Under the pieces are notes generated by a model, which worked only from the letters and a program-made list of their open reading frames with translations, did no database searches and was not told the DNA's origin. Source: an uncultured virus (IMG/VR IMGVR_UViG_3300023119_001136) (lineage: Duplodnaviria > Heunggongvirae > Uroviricota > Caudoviricetes). From it: 64,000 bases of DNA. Made by a program: the position numbers and the translations under genes. Where the stretch lies: the IMG/VR virus record IMGVR_UViG_3300023119_001136, positions 1 through 64,000 of that record; one strand, 5' to 3'. Shown here piece after piece: positions 18,279-27,643 of this stretch (within the stretch, counting starts at the first letter, position 1; every line of letters starts with the position of its first letter).

Positions 18279-19189
18279 TTTAAATAATCCTTCATTACTG
18301 ACCACGCTTTACCCGATTGTAAATCATCAAAGTTATAATGACTCATTGCAATCTTTTCAATCCATTGTTCTCTCACAGGCATCAAAGGATATTCTATTTT
18401 ACTAAGATCAAAATTTGCAACTTTATATGCTTGACTTTTGTTAGGTGACGGGTCTGTTACAAACACAGGAATTCCATCAATTGCTGCTGCTACACCAGGA
18501 GAACTATTATATGTTACCACTGCCCAACATTTATGAAAGTCTGCAAGTATACTTGCTTGTTTACTTATTTTTACACCAGGTATGTTTATTTTTTGCCATC
18601 TAGTGTTTTTCTTATCTCCAGGATGTCCTCGTACAATAATTTGTCTATCAGTATGTTGTCTTAATTGATGTATAGTTGCCATTAGCCATTTATTAGCATC
18701 TTGTCCGCCCATACTCCAACCGCCGTTACGTTGCATACAAATAAGAATATGTTTACCAGTTTTACGCCAAGGTTTCAACCCAATATTTAGATCTCTTTGT
18801 ATTTGCTGCCATCTTTCAGGATCTGGATTATCAGTAAAATATTGTCCTGTGTTAGGAAATACATCATTTAAACTAAATCTCAAATACGATTTAGTATTGC
18901 CGGGATCTCTATAAAGAAACAAATTACTATCAATTGCTAGTGTGTGTTTGCCTATTGCTTTTTGGTTATCTATTATAAGCCGTCTAAATTGTAGATGTGG
19001 TGAACGCTGGCTTCCAGGATGCACCCAGCCTTGTATGACAGCAAGATCGGAAGGCTGCCAGTGTTTAGTGTGAATTTGTTCGCTCCAAGGCTTAGGCACA
19101 CCTTCGTGGAAATTATCAAGAACTTTAACCTTTTCTTGGTTTTTATTTCTTGGCGGTATGCCTGCATAATAAACTCTAACTTTTTTCAT
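18275..19189 (-). CDS. GT-B glycosyltransferase-like protein (KpsC/KpsS-like)
   Basis: ILICMQ, VRGHP, VVTYNSSPGVAAAIDGIPVF. Confidence 0.65.
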   Translation of the reverse strand: MKKVRVYYAGIPPRNKNQEKVKVLDNFHEGVPKPWSEQIHTKHWQPSDLAVIQGWVHPGSQRSPHLQFRRLIIDNQKAIGKHTLAIDSNLFLYRDPGNTKSYLRFSLNDVFPNTGQYFTDNPDPERWQQIQRDLNIGLKPWRKTGKHILICMQRNGGWSMGGQDANKWLMATIHQLRQHTDRQIIVRGHPGDKKNTRWQKINIPGVKISKQASILADFHKCWAVVTYNSSPGVAAAIDGIPVFVTDPSPNKSQAYKVANFDLSKIEYPLMPVREQWIEKIAMSHYNFDDLQSGKAWSVMKDYLK

Positions 19190-19946
19190 CTACCAACATC
19201 CTGTATGCTTTGCCACTCTTAAGTTCATCTGTATGGAATTGTCCGTAAGCTAAGTGACATGCCCATTTATATATCTTTTCTTCCTCTTGTATTGTAGGGT
19301 TTTCTAATAAACTTATATCTTGATCACATACAACGTCTGCTGCTGTTGGTGCTAGTGTAAAGGCAGGTACCCCATATAACACACTTTCTACTGCTGCTAT
19401 ACTTTGATATGTAACTAATGCATGGCAATTGTTTAAATCATCATATATTGTTTTTATGATGCGTTCCGGTCTAGATGCTTTGTCTCTAATTACTATAGGT
19501 CGATCTGTGTATTGTTTGATTTTTTCTACTGTTTCTCTAACCCAGTTGTCTCTATCTATGCCGTAAAACTTACAAGGTTTTTCACTTGGTGTTACTAACA
19601 ATATATGTTTGCCTTTTTTAGGTTTATGTATTTCTTGCCCTAGTCTTCGCCATCTATCATCAGGTCTATCTATAATATGCTTGTGCTGTAAGTCGTTTTT
19701 TACAATTCTATGCCAAACTTTCCAACCTAATGGATTGCCTGGAGATTTATAATTTCCTATATACCCACTATCCATGTAATAAAACTGTCTACCTGTTTCC
19801 CAACATTCTTTTATTAATTTTCTTTTTGCCATAGATCTAAATATAATATCTCCCTTTGTTCCGGGTGATGTAACAATATCTAATCCAGATCCCTTTGCAA
19901 ATAAATTAATAAATTGATCAGTTTTATTTTTAGAGAGACATATCAT
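19176..19946 (-). CDS. GT-B glycosyltransferase-like protein (KpsC/KpsS-like, no HP motif)
   Basis: YMDSGY, LVTYQSIAAVESVLYGVPAF. Confidence 0.6.
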   Translation of the reverse strand: MICLSKNKTDQFINLFAKGSGLDIVTSPGTKGDIIFRSMAKRKLIKECWETGRQFYYMDSGYIGNYKSPGNPLGWKVWHRIVKNDLQHKHIIDRPDDRWRRLGQEIHKPKKGKHILLVTPSEKPCKFYGIDRDNWVRETVEKIKQYTDRPIVIRDKASRPERIIKTIYDDLNNCHALVTYQSIAAVESVLYGVPAFTLAPTAADVVCDQDISLLENPTIQEEEKIYKWACHLAYGQFHTDELKSGKAYRMLVDEKS

Positions 19947-20613
19947 CCATCATCTCGTATAATTCGTTTTTCCATAGATCGGCAAATTCACAATTACGAT
20001 AATTTTCAAACCATGGACCGCCTTCGGTATAATGAATTAATTTTGGAACATCAATGTCATCGTAAACACCAACAAGATAATTCCAAGTATGATCTAATTC
20101 TCCAATTTCTTCATCATTTAACCAACTAAATCTGTGTAAGTATGCTCCGTTAATTTCTGGATCATTTACTAAGTCTTGTGTAAGTGTAGCATTACTAGGA
20201 TGTGAACAGTTGAACAACATAACACTTGACCAATTTTTACGTGGATAGATAGTTTGTTTTTGCCCGTCCATCTTTGTACCTTCTTTAGGTGTGTAATCAT
20301 GCTTTACACACATTACAGCATATTTGTCATCTGCTTGATCGAATAGTTCTTTAATGTCTGTTGTAAGGATCATGTCGCAATCCATAAACAGTGCCCAGCC
20401 TTTAAAATCTGTAAGTTCAGGGATTAGAAATCTTGTAAATGTAAATTCTGTACTAGCAAGTTTATCTGCCTTTCTTTTATACCAGCCCGAATCTCTTAAT
20501 TCTTGCTGTTTTAGCGGGCGTACATCCGCTCCTGGCTGTTTGCTTAGTATACTATGCTTGCAAACTTGATATGCAATATCTTCTCTAGTATCATAACCTA
20601 CAAATATCTTCAT
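19930..20613 (-). CDS. GT-A glycosyltransferase (GT8-like)
   Basis: STEFTFTRF, LFMDCDM, KNWSSVMLFN, WNYLV, HYTEGGPW. Confidence 0.85.
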   Translation of the reverse strand: MKIFVGYDTREDIAYQVCKHSILSKQPGADVRPLKQQELRDSGWYKRKADKLASTEFTFTRFLIPELTDFKGWALFMDCDMILTTDIKELFDQADDKYAVMCVKHDYTPKEGTKMDGQKQTIYPRKNWSSVMLFNCSHPSNATLTQDLVNDPEINGAYLHRFSWLNDEEIGELDHTWNYLVGVYDDIDVPKLIHYTEGGPWFENYRNCEFADLWKNELYEMMDDMSL

Positions 20614-21383
20614 TAATCTCTTCTTTCAATATCATCTTCAGTTAGTTCGTCTCCCATCCATACTTCGATAACTTTTGCAGTAATATCGCCTACATTTGTG
20701 GCTTTGTGCCAAGTGTTTACAGGGATATCAATACTGTCTCCTGAGTAGTATGTTTTGTTTTCTCTATCCCCATTTGGATATTCTAAACTCATCATTATTG
20801 TACCTTGTACAATATGCCAATGCTCTGAGCGTACTAAGTGTCTTTGATCGCTAAGGCTTTTACCAACGTCAAACGCAAGTTCTTTTACTTGCCAGCCGCC
20901 GTTTTTATCTAAAATCTTATAAGTGCCCCATGCACGTTGAGTGATTGGTTTATCCCAATTACTAAGAATCCAACTACTTGAATTTTTCTTATTTGTGCCT
21001 CCTACGCCCCAAACAAATTCTACATCTTTTCGATCGCCATATGTTTTCCATTCTGGAGTATTTGTAGCACTGTCTCTATCGCCGCCGTTTGCAAATATAA
21101 TTTTAGAATTTTCAGTTGTTGCCATAGTTTTAAAAATTGCACCACATGCACTGTTATCGCTGTCATCAAATGCAACAATTCTATCAACAAAAGAAAGTTC
21201 GTCTATAATTGCTGCACGTTCTTCAAACGGCATAAAAGGTCTTCCTTTTTTACGTGTTAACCATTCGTCACTATTAATTCCAACAAATAACTTATCACCT
21301 AGTTCTTTTGCTGCTTTCATATAATCAATATGACCTGAATGTAGTGGATCAAAACCACCTGTTACTAATACAATTTTTTCCAT
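20613..21383 (-). CDS. Nucleotidyl (cytidylyl)transferase fused to a mannose-6-P-isomerase-type cupin
   Basis: GGFDPLHSGH, NSDEWL, NGGDR, SSS; RAWGTY, SDQRH..RSEHW. Confidence 0.88.
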   Translation of the reverse strand: MEKIVLVTGGFDPLHSGHIDYMKAAKELGDKLFVGINSDEWLTRKKGRPFMPFEERAAIIDELSFVDRIVAFDDSDNSACGAIFKTMATTENSKIIFANGGDRDSATNTPEWKTYGDRKDVEFVWGVGGTNKKNSSSWILSNWDKPITQRAWGTYKILDKNGGWQVKELAFDVGKSLSDQRHLVRSEHWHIVQGTIMMSLEYPNGDRENKTYYSGDSIDIPVNTWHKATNVGDITAKVIEVWMGDELTEDDIERRD

Positions 21384-21387
21384 ACTG

Positions 21388-21395
21388 TATTTATA
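21388..21395 (-). promoter_or_regulatory. T4-type late promoter heading the glycosyltransferase operon
   Basis: Exact TATAAATA, 4 nt before ATG 21383. Confidence 0.75.
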
Positions 21396-21418
21396 TACGT
21401 ATATAACTTAAAAAAAGT

Positions 21419-21988
21419 TTATTGGTTGTATCCTAGTATATCAAAGTCTTTGTAAAAATATTCTTTGACGATTTCTTTACTAGATTTATCATAATCATTT
21501 TGCCATATACTTTTTTTATTACTTTTATTACTTAAAGGCAAATCTGCTTCTATATTCAAGTATCTTTTTACTGGAATTATATCTTCGTGAATGTTTTCTA
21601 AATAACATAAGAATTTTACTTTATGATTAAAAAATTCTGTTTGGGTTTTTCCCATATCACCTTGCATCCAATTAGTATTTTGGATAAACCAATTGAATCC
21701 TTTTCTTTCATAATCTAGCCAGTACGACCATCTATTAGGTTTATGGCTCCATTTTTTTGCTATACCTACATGATAATAAAACCAACTATGAATTCTTGCA
21801 TATGGATTCCTTACAACAACAAAATGATCTTTTACAGTATATTTTTTTTCTATATCTAAAAGAGTATCATGCTTATCTCCTACATCATCGAAGGAAATAT
21901 TATTTTGAATCCATCCTCTTACACTGGTGCCTCCTGCTTTAGGTATGTGTAAAAAATAAATATCTTTTTTCGGTATATATAATGCCAT
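21419..21988 (-). CDS. Sulfotransferase family protein
   Basis: PAPS-binding FLHIPKAGGTS; VRNPYARIHSW; C-terminal DFDILGY. Confidence 0.85.
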   Translation of the reverse strand: MALYIPKKDIYFLHIPKAGGTSVRGWIQNNISFDDVGDKHDTLLDIEKKYTVKDHFVVVRNPYARIHSWFYYHVGIAKKWSHKPNRWSYWLDYERKGFNWFIQNTNWMQGDMGKTQTEFFNHKVKFLCYLENIHEDIIPVKRYLNIEADLPLSNKSNKKSIWQNDYDKSSKEIVKEYFYKDFDILGYNQ

Positions 21989-21999
21989 ACTATATTTCT

Positions 22000-22548
22000 T
22001 TAAACAAAACGTATTCGATATTTTCTACTTTTTTGTTGTGCAACAATTTCGTCTAAAATCTGTATGTTCTCTTGAGATTCTATATTACGTATGTCCATAA
22101 TAATAAAACTGTTTTCATTTGTATGTTTGTTAACAATTTCCATGTATGTATTTGCAGGATAATGAAATCCACAACTTAAAAAACTATAAACAAGATCAAA
22201 TGTTACATTTTCATCTATTTGAATATTGTTTGCATCTACAAAATTATATTGCATATTTTGACTATCGTAATAACGTTTTAAGTCTGTAATTTTATTATAA
22301 AAAGACATGTTTTCAACAGACCCGTATCTAACTTGTCTAGTGCCATTGCTTTCAGAAAATTCACCATCTAGTAAATATAATTCACTTCCGTATTTTTCTT
22401 GAAATAATTTTGATTCAGTAGCAAAGCCACATCCTATATCAAGGATACATTTAGGTTTAAATTTAATATAGGAATCAACTATATTAAAATTTACAGTCTT
22501 TCCGTGAATGTAATCATCACGTGTCCAAAATTCTTGCCAAGTAATCAT
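22000..22548 (-). CDS. Class I SAM-dependent methyltransferase
   Basis: ILDIGCG, FDLVYS; TAAATA 4 nt before ATG. Confidence 0.8.
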   Translation of the reverse strand: MITWQEFWTRDDYIHGKTVNFNIVDSYIKFKPKCILDIGCGFATESKLFQEKYGSELYLLDGEFSESNGTRQVRYGSVENMSFYNKITDLKRYYDSQNMQYNFVDANNIQIDENVTFDLVYSFLSCGFHYPANTYMEIVNKHTNENSFIIMDIRNIESQENIQILDEIVAQQKSRKYRIRFV

Positions 22549-22551
22549 ATT

Positions 22552-23310
22552 CTATTTACGCCTATTTTTACGTAAAAAATCATTTATTTGCTGATGTGTC
22601 ATGTCAAATTTTTCTTTAAATCTTTGAAAATATTCTTTTTTATTTGCTTTGAAATATTCTTTTTGTGTATGCTCGCCTCTACCTTCTCTAAATGTGCTAT
22701 TTCTATACCAATCTATACTTAATAATGGCGTAGTAAATTCATCCCAACCTGCATTTAAATTATACATACGCATATCTTCAGTTGCACCTTGACCGTGATG
22801 ATATGTAACATCATACCAGCCGTGTTTTTTTCTTTTTAATTCACTAATATATTTTGTATTCCATATAGTAAATATAGGCTGTGCAAACATAGGATTTTTA
22901 ATAAAATTATCAACGCCTATTTGTTCAGGTATAGCAACATCTATCCAACCATCAACATTTTCTATTTTAGAATATATTGCACTCCATTTTTCTTTCTTTA
23001 GAGATTTTGTAGTCTTTACAATAGTTTTTTTATAGTTTTGTTTTAATAATGTTGCACTAGTGGTAATAGTAACAAAGAAAGATTTTCTTTGATTTATTTC
23101 CCTATCAAAAATTACTCTATAAGCGCCGCTTACTTTCCTATTTGTTGGTAATGGAATTCTAGTTTTAGGATGCATGGGTTCTTTGTCAGAACCGTTATCT
23201 AGTATATAGATATCTTCTTCTAACATTGATCTACAAAGCATACGATATATTTTATCTGTATGCTCTGGCATATTATAGTTTATGATATAGGTATTAAAAG
23301 AGTCCGACAT
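22552..23310 (-). CDS. GT2-like glycosyltransferase (divergent)
   Basis: IINYN, ILDNGS, later ED; canonical DxD not evident. Confidence 0.55.
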   Translation of the reverse strand: MSDSFNTYIINYNMPEHTDKIYRMLCRSMLEEDIYILDNGSDKEPMHPKTRIPLPTNRKVSGAYRVIFDREINQRKSFFVTITTSATLLKQNYKKTIVKTTKSLKKEKWSAIYSKIENVDGWIDVAIPEQIGVDNFIKNPMFAQPIFTIWNTKYISELKRKKHGWYDVTYHHGQGATEDMRMYNLNAGWDEFTTPLLSIDWYRNSTFREGRGEHTQKEYFKANKKEYFQRFKEKFDMTHQQINDFLRKNRRK

Positions 23311-24598
23311 TGTTTAGTACATCAAAAGGATCTGAGCCAAAGGTTGCTTCAAATTTTACAAGCATTTCTTTTTTAAGTGCTGCTTTTACTTCTTCAAAAA
23401 CAAACTGCCATTTTTCTGCTGGTATGCACACAACACCGTCAGGATCACCAAAAATAATATCATTGTTGCGTACTCTTACACCGTTAACAGTTACTGGCAT
23501 ATTCATTTCTTCAAGTGTACCTTCGTATCTAATATCGTCAGGCATTCTTGTATGTGCAAACAATGGTAAACCGATTTGTGTAACCCTATCTACATCACGT
23601 GTGGGGCCATCTACAACAACACCCACTGCACCGCTTCTATATGCAAAGTGTGCGTTTAAATCGCCAAAGTATGCTTTGTCTTTTACATCTGTGGAAACTA
23701 TAATTACATCACCTGGTGCAACAAATTCATAACTTCCTAAGGCGTCAAATATACCTTCCCAATGTGGTAATGCAGGGTCTTTTTGATCTTGTGGTAATTC
23801 TTTTAATTTAAGCGTTTTTGCATATCCTAAAAATGTACCGTTGTTCATAGATTTTATTTCACTACTTAAAAAATGATCAATACCGTTTTCTTTGCAAATA
23901 TCACTTAACAAACAACTACTAATACTTTTGCTTAACATTTTAAGTTGTTGTACTTTTTTTGCTCGTTGTCCTGCACAAATATCTCTTGCAAATACAAGAT
24001 CTTCTTGATTGTTGATATCTACAAGTTGTAAAGGTGTGACAGGCCATAGCATTACATTATCTGTATAACGTTTTTCAACAGGATTTCCGTTTGTTTTTAC
24101 AGCATAAAAACTCATTGCTTCGATAATATGATTTGGTAAGTCTACACTGTTAGGAATACTATTACCATATGCAGGTTGATGATCGTCCCATAAGTATAAT
24201 TTTTGCTCAGATACAGCAACTAAACTTGTAGTAGGACTTTCCTTTAAATCTCTTAATGCAGGATCAATTACAGATTTATCTATAAACGGTGCTGTACATA
24301 ATACTTGCACTACTATATCTGCATCTGTAACTCTTGATTCGTTAGCAAACATTGCATGTCCATCAGTTTTGTTGTTTGCTAGGTTAGGATCTCTATAGTG
24401 ATGTTTAATCGGTAAGTCTCTTGCTAATCTGTGTAATTCTTCACTTTCACTATCTAGCCAAACCTCGTCTATTTCTTCACATTCTAATAACTGTCTTAAT
24501 TTACGCTTAAACAAATACTCTCCGTCTAATACTTGTAAATTTTTATTTTCAATTCTTTCACTAGTTCCTTTTGCAGGTACAAATGCTACTGTTTTCAT
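23294..24598 (-). CDS. NeuA-like cytidylyltransferase fused to an RraA/HMG-aldolase domain
   Basis: VPAKGTSERIENKN, TAPF, DIN...D; AYFGDL, VVDGPTRD, GDPDGVVCIP. Confidence 0.87.
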   Translation of the reverse strand: MKTVAFVPAKGTSERIENKNLQVLDGEYLFKRKLRQLLECEEIDEVWLDSESEELHRLARDLPIKHHYRDPNLANNKTDGHAMFANESRVTDADIVVQVLCTAPFIDKSVIDPALRDLKESPTTSLVAVSEQKLYLWDDHQPAYGNSIPNSVDLPNHIIEAMSFYAVKTNGNPVEKRYTDNVMLWPVTPLQLVDINNQEDLVFARDICAGQRAKKVQQLKMLSKSISSCLLSDICKENGIDHFLSSEIKSMNNGTFLGYAKTLKLKELPQDQKDPALPHWEGIFDALGSYEFVAPGDVIIVSTDVKDKAYFGDLNAHFAYRSGAVGVVVDGPTRDVDRVTQIGLPLFAHTRMPDDIRYEGTLEEMNMPVTVNGVRVRNNDIIFGDPDGVVCIPAEKWQFVFEEVKAALKKEMLVKFEATFGSDPFDVLNNVGLF

Positions 24599-25359
24599 AA
24601 TTTCTCCTCTATGGTAACTTCTTTGCCTTTTTTATAGTTGCTCTTATTAGCTTTAGTCACCCAGTGTCTTAAATATTCTTTTAATTCTGTGTGCATAAAA
24701 GGTACAATACTATCAACTGCTGTTGCAAGATGTTTCAATTTAGAGCCTTTCTTTTCAGCAGTATGTATGGCATCCCACCATACACCTGTATCCAATCTCC
24801 TACTGACTTTTAATATCTGTAGGGAATTATGACACAATTTATAAAAGTCAATAACATGTTGTGTATTTTTATCTTTCATGTTAAGCATAAAAAATCCAGT
24901 TTCTGCTTCTTTTCCTTTTACTTTGCCGCCTGCTGGAATATCAACAGAAAGTGTGTCTTCTGGTAATAAGTTTTCTATAAACTCTAAAGGTATTTTTTTA
25001 TTAGTAATTACATCACTATCTAACCATATAAAAACATCTTGTTCACATTCTTGTAATGCTGCTGTAATTACATGGCCTTTAATCCAACTAAATTTGTATC
25101 TAGAAAATAAATCTTTTCCCTTAGGATCATGCGGTACATGTGGATATATTAATTCTAAAAATTTATCTAAGTCATTACGAACCTTTTCAAAATCTTTTAC
25201 AATCAATCTAGGATTATCAATGTCAGGTACAAACCCTTCAGCCCATAATTCTATTGAAATATTTTTAGGCCAGTATTCTAAAAAACTAGTAATACAATCT
25301 TTTCCAATTTGATTGTAGTACGGTTCGTGTTGTGATGTAACTACTCTAAAAGTTCGCAT
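24595..25359 (-). CDS. GT-A nucleotide-sugar transferase-like protein
   Basis: IWLDSD, ETGFF; paralogous to 16528-17439 and 17439-18278. Confidence 0.7.
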   Translation of the reverse strand: MRTFRVVTSQHEPYYNQIGKDCITSFLEYWPKNISIELWAEGFVPDIDNPRLIVKDFEKVRNDLDKFLELIYPHVPHDPKGKDLFSRYKFSWIKGHVITAALQECEQDVFIWLDSDVITNKKIPLEFIENLLPEDTLSVDIPAGGKVKGKEAETGFFMLNMKDKNTQHVIDFYKLCHNSLQILKVSRRLDTGVWWDAIHTAEKKGSKLKHLATAVDSIVPFMHTELKEYLRHWVTKANKSNYKKGKEVTIEEKL

Positions 25360-25376
25360 GAGAATCCTTATTCAAT

Positions 25377-25416
25377 TAAGTACGTATATTTAGTAAATAA
25401 ATAACTGCGTATTTAA
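25377..25416. promoter_or_regulatory. Divergent late promoters flanked by TRCGYA elements
   Basis: TAAATA on - (25387-25392) and + (25394-25399); TACGTA 25381, TGCGTA 25406. Confidence 0.55.
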
Positions 25417-25432
25417 AAGTTCGGAGCATAAC

Positions 25433-26407
25433 ATGAAAAAACGTGCATTAGTAACAGGCATCACAGGACAAGACGGTGCTTATCTAGCAAAATTATTATT
25501 AGAAAAAGACTATGAAGTATATGGTTTTGCAAGTAGACGAGTCAACCAAAATTATTCAAACACCGATTACTTAGGAATCACTGGAAAAATTAACTTTGTA
25601 CACGGTGATGTAACAGATATTAGCAGTGTTAATCATGCTATTAAAGTTTCTAGACCACACGAACTGTATAATCTTGCTGCAATGAGTTTTGTAGGACTAA
25701 GTTGGCAAGAACCAATTCATACAGCAAATGTTGATGCTATGGGTCCATTGTATATTATGGAGTCTTTAAGACAACATTCACCAGATACAAAATTTTATCA
25801 AGCAAGCACAAGCGAAATGTATGGAAATAGTTATGAAGAAAATCATACACAAAACGAACTTACACCTATGCGTCCTAGATCACCTTACGGTTTTAGTAAA
25901 GTATTTGCACACAATGCTGTTGTAAACTATAGAGATAGTTATAGTTTATATGCAACTAGTGGCATTTTGTTTAATCATGAATCGCCTATTAGAGGTAAAG
26001 AATTTGTTACACGTAAAATTACAGACGGTGTTGCTCGTATCAAAGCAGGACTACAAGATACAATTGAGTTAGGAAATTTAGATCCTAGAAGAGACTGGGG
26101 ATTTGCAGGTGATTATGTTGAAGCAATGTGGTTGATGATGCAACAAGATACACCAGAAGATTATGTAATTTCAACAGGCAAAACTTGGAGTATTAAAGAA
26201 CTCTGCAATGCTGCATTTAGTGCTGCTGGAATAGATAATTGGGAAGATAAAATCGTAACAAATCCTGCATTTGTAAGACCTGCAGAACTTTATTATCTAA
26301 AAGGCGATAGTACAAAAGCAAAAGAAAAACTAGGATGGGAGCCTAGTGTAAGTTTTGAAGAATTAATTACAATGATGGTACAAGCCGATTTGGAAAGATA
26401 CAGTTAA
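25433..26407 (+). CDS. gmd: GDP-mannose 4,6-dehydratase
   Basis: TGITGQDGAYLA, YNLAAMS, QASTSE, SPYGFSK, FNHESP.RG.EFVTRKI, RDWG. Confidence 0.96.
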   Translation: MKKRALVTGITGQDGAYLAKLLLEKDYEVYGFASRRVNQNYSNTDYLGITGKINFVHGDVTDISSVNHAIKVSRPHELYNLAAMSFVGLSWQEPIHTANVDAMGPLYIMESLRQHSPDTKFYQASTSEMYGNSYEENHTQNELTPMRPRSPYGFSKVFAHNAVVNYRDSYSLYATSGILFNHESPIRGKEFVTRKITDGVARIKAGLQDTIELGNLDPRRDWGFAGDYVEAMWLMMQQDTPEDYVISTGKTWSIKELCNAAFSAAGIDNWEDKIVTNPAFVRPAELYYLKGDSTKAKEKLGWEPSVSFEELITMMVQADLERYS

Positions 26408-26964
26408 CCTTTCCAATAAATTTTATCTTGTGCGACAGAAAAAATTAATTTATATCCCCAATCAGTCATAAAATTATGATACGTATTATCATTATTTCGT
26501 ACACCTGCATTATCTTCTATACAAATATAATCTATTGTATAATCATCTTCAATCGCACCTAGTATTTCTAGTTCACTACCTTCTGTATCAATTTGCAAGT
26601 AGTTGATATGTTTAGGAATAGGCAAACTACTAAATTTATAACTTTTTGCTTTTATTGTCTTAATTGCTTTTTCAGGATGAGCATGTGTTTCTTTTATACC
26701 TGTGTGTCCTCTTAGTCCTACATCGATAATATCAACATACCCATCTTCTTTCCACACAGCACCTTGAATAACTGGTGTTGTTCTATTTTTCTTAATTGCT
26801 CTTACATTTGAAGGAACGGGTTCAATTAGTAAACCTTGCCATCCTTTAAATTCTAAAACCTTTGTAGTGTTTTGAGTTTTGCCGTTCATTACGCCAATTT
26901 CAATAAAATATCCATCTTTGATATCTTTACCAATTTCTTTATAAAACCATTCAGTTGCCTTCAA
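26404..26964 (-). CDS. FkbM-family methyltransferase
   Basis: FIEIG..NG, GLLIEP, QIDTEGSE. Confidence 0.85.
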   Translation of the reverse strand: MKATEWFYKEIGKDIKDGYFIEIGVMNGKTQNTTKVLEFKGWQGLLIEPVPSNVRAIKKNRTTPVIQGAVWKEDGYVDIIDVGLRGHTGIKETHAHPEKAIKTIKAKSYKFSSLPIPKHINYLQIDTEGSELEILGAIEDDYTIDYICIEDNAGVRNNDNTYHNFMTDWGYKLIFSVAQDKIYWKG

Positions 26965-27416
26965 AGTGTTGCATCCTCCATACCTGCTACACGTAACTTT
27001 ACAACATTAGTGATTTGCCATTGTTTTTGATCAAGTGCTTTTAAAACACCTAACCACTTGTTACGCATTAATGCAAATTCATTAATAATTTTTTCGTAGT
27101 CAACAACATCAGATTCGCCGTCGACGTATTTTTCAACATCGCGACTTGATAGAGCACGTTGATAATTTTCAAGATATTTTTTGAAAAATGAGCTACGCAA
27201 TCTACGTAGCTCAATATTCAAGTAGTTGAGTATTGCTTCAATTTCTTGAAGTTGATTAAATCTATGCTCAACAATACCAGGCATAGCCGCTGCTGACTTT
27301 TCAACATTTCCTACAAGTTTACATTCTCGACGTGCATCTTGTAGTTCTTTTTCAAAGTACAAGATTGCGTCTGGAATTTTAGAAATATCTCTTGATACCT
27401 CTGAGTACCATCCCAT
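26961..27416 (-). CDS. uvsY: Recombination mediator (UvsY-like)
   Basis: Helical 151 aa; DVEKYVDGE...QITNVVK; lies near uvsX. Confidence 0.75.
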   Translation of the reverse strand: MGWYSEVSRDISKIPDAILYFEKELQDARRECKLVGNVEKSAAAMPGIVEHRFNQLQEIEAILNYLNIELRRLRSSFFKKYLENYQRALSSRDVEKYVDGESDVVDYEKIINEFALMRNKWLGVLKALDQKQWQITNVVKLRVAGMEDATL

Positions 27417-27418
27417 AT

Positions 27419-27643
27419 CTATTCCTCATATTCATCGTAATGATCTTCTTCGTCCATTTCAAGGAAATAATAGATAGCGTTGTCTAATATTTTATCATGC
27501 CCTAGAATTTCTTCTAATTGCACATCATCAAACCCGTAGTCCACTAGAAGATCAACATATCGCTCTGCGGCTGCTTCTACTTCTTTTTTGTCTAAGTGTA
27601 TCTTAAAAACATCCCAAATGTCGCATGCCTGCTCTTCATTCAT
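27419..27643 (-). CDS. Small acidic hypothetical protein
   Basis: 74-aa ORF between uvsX and uvsY. Confidence 0.7.
   Translation of the reverse strand: MNEEQACDIWDVFKIHLDKKEVEAAAERYVDLLVDYGFDDVQLEEILGHDKILDNAIYYFLEMDEEDHYDEYEE

Noticed and set aside
10476..26964. Bacterial LPS/capsule locus (host contamination or prophage flank)
   Set aside because: Genes are interleaved and overlapped with uvsW, uvsY and the gp62-like gene and share the phage late-promoter motif
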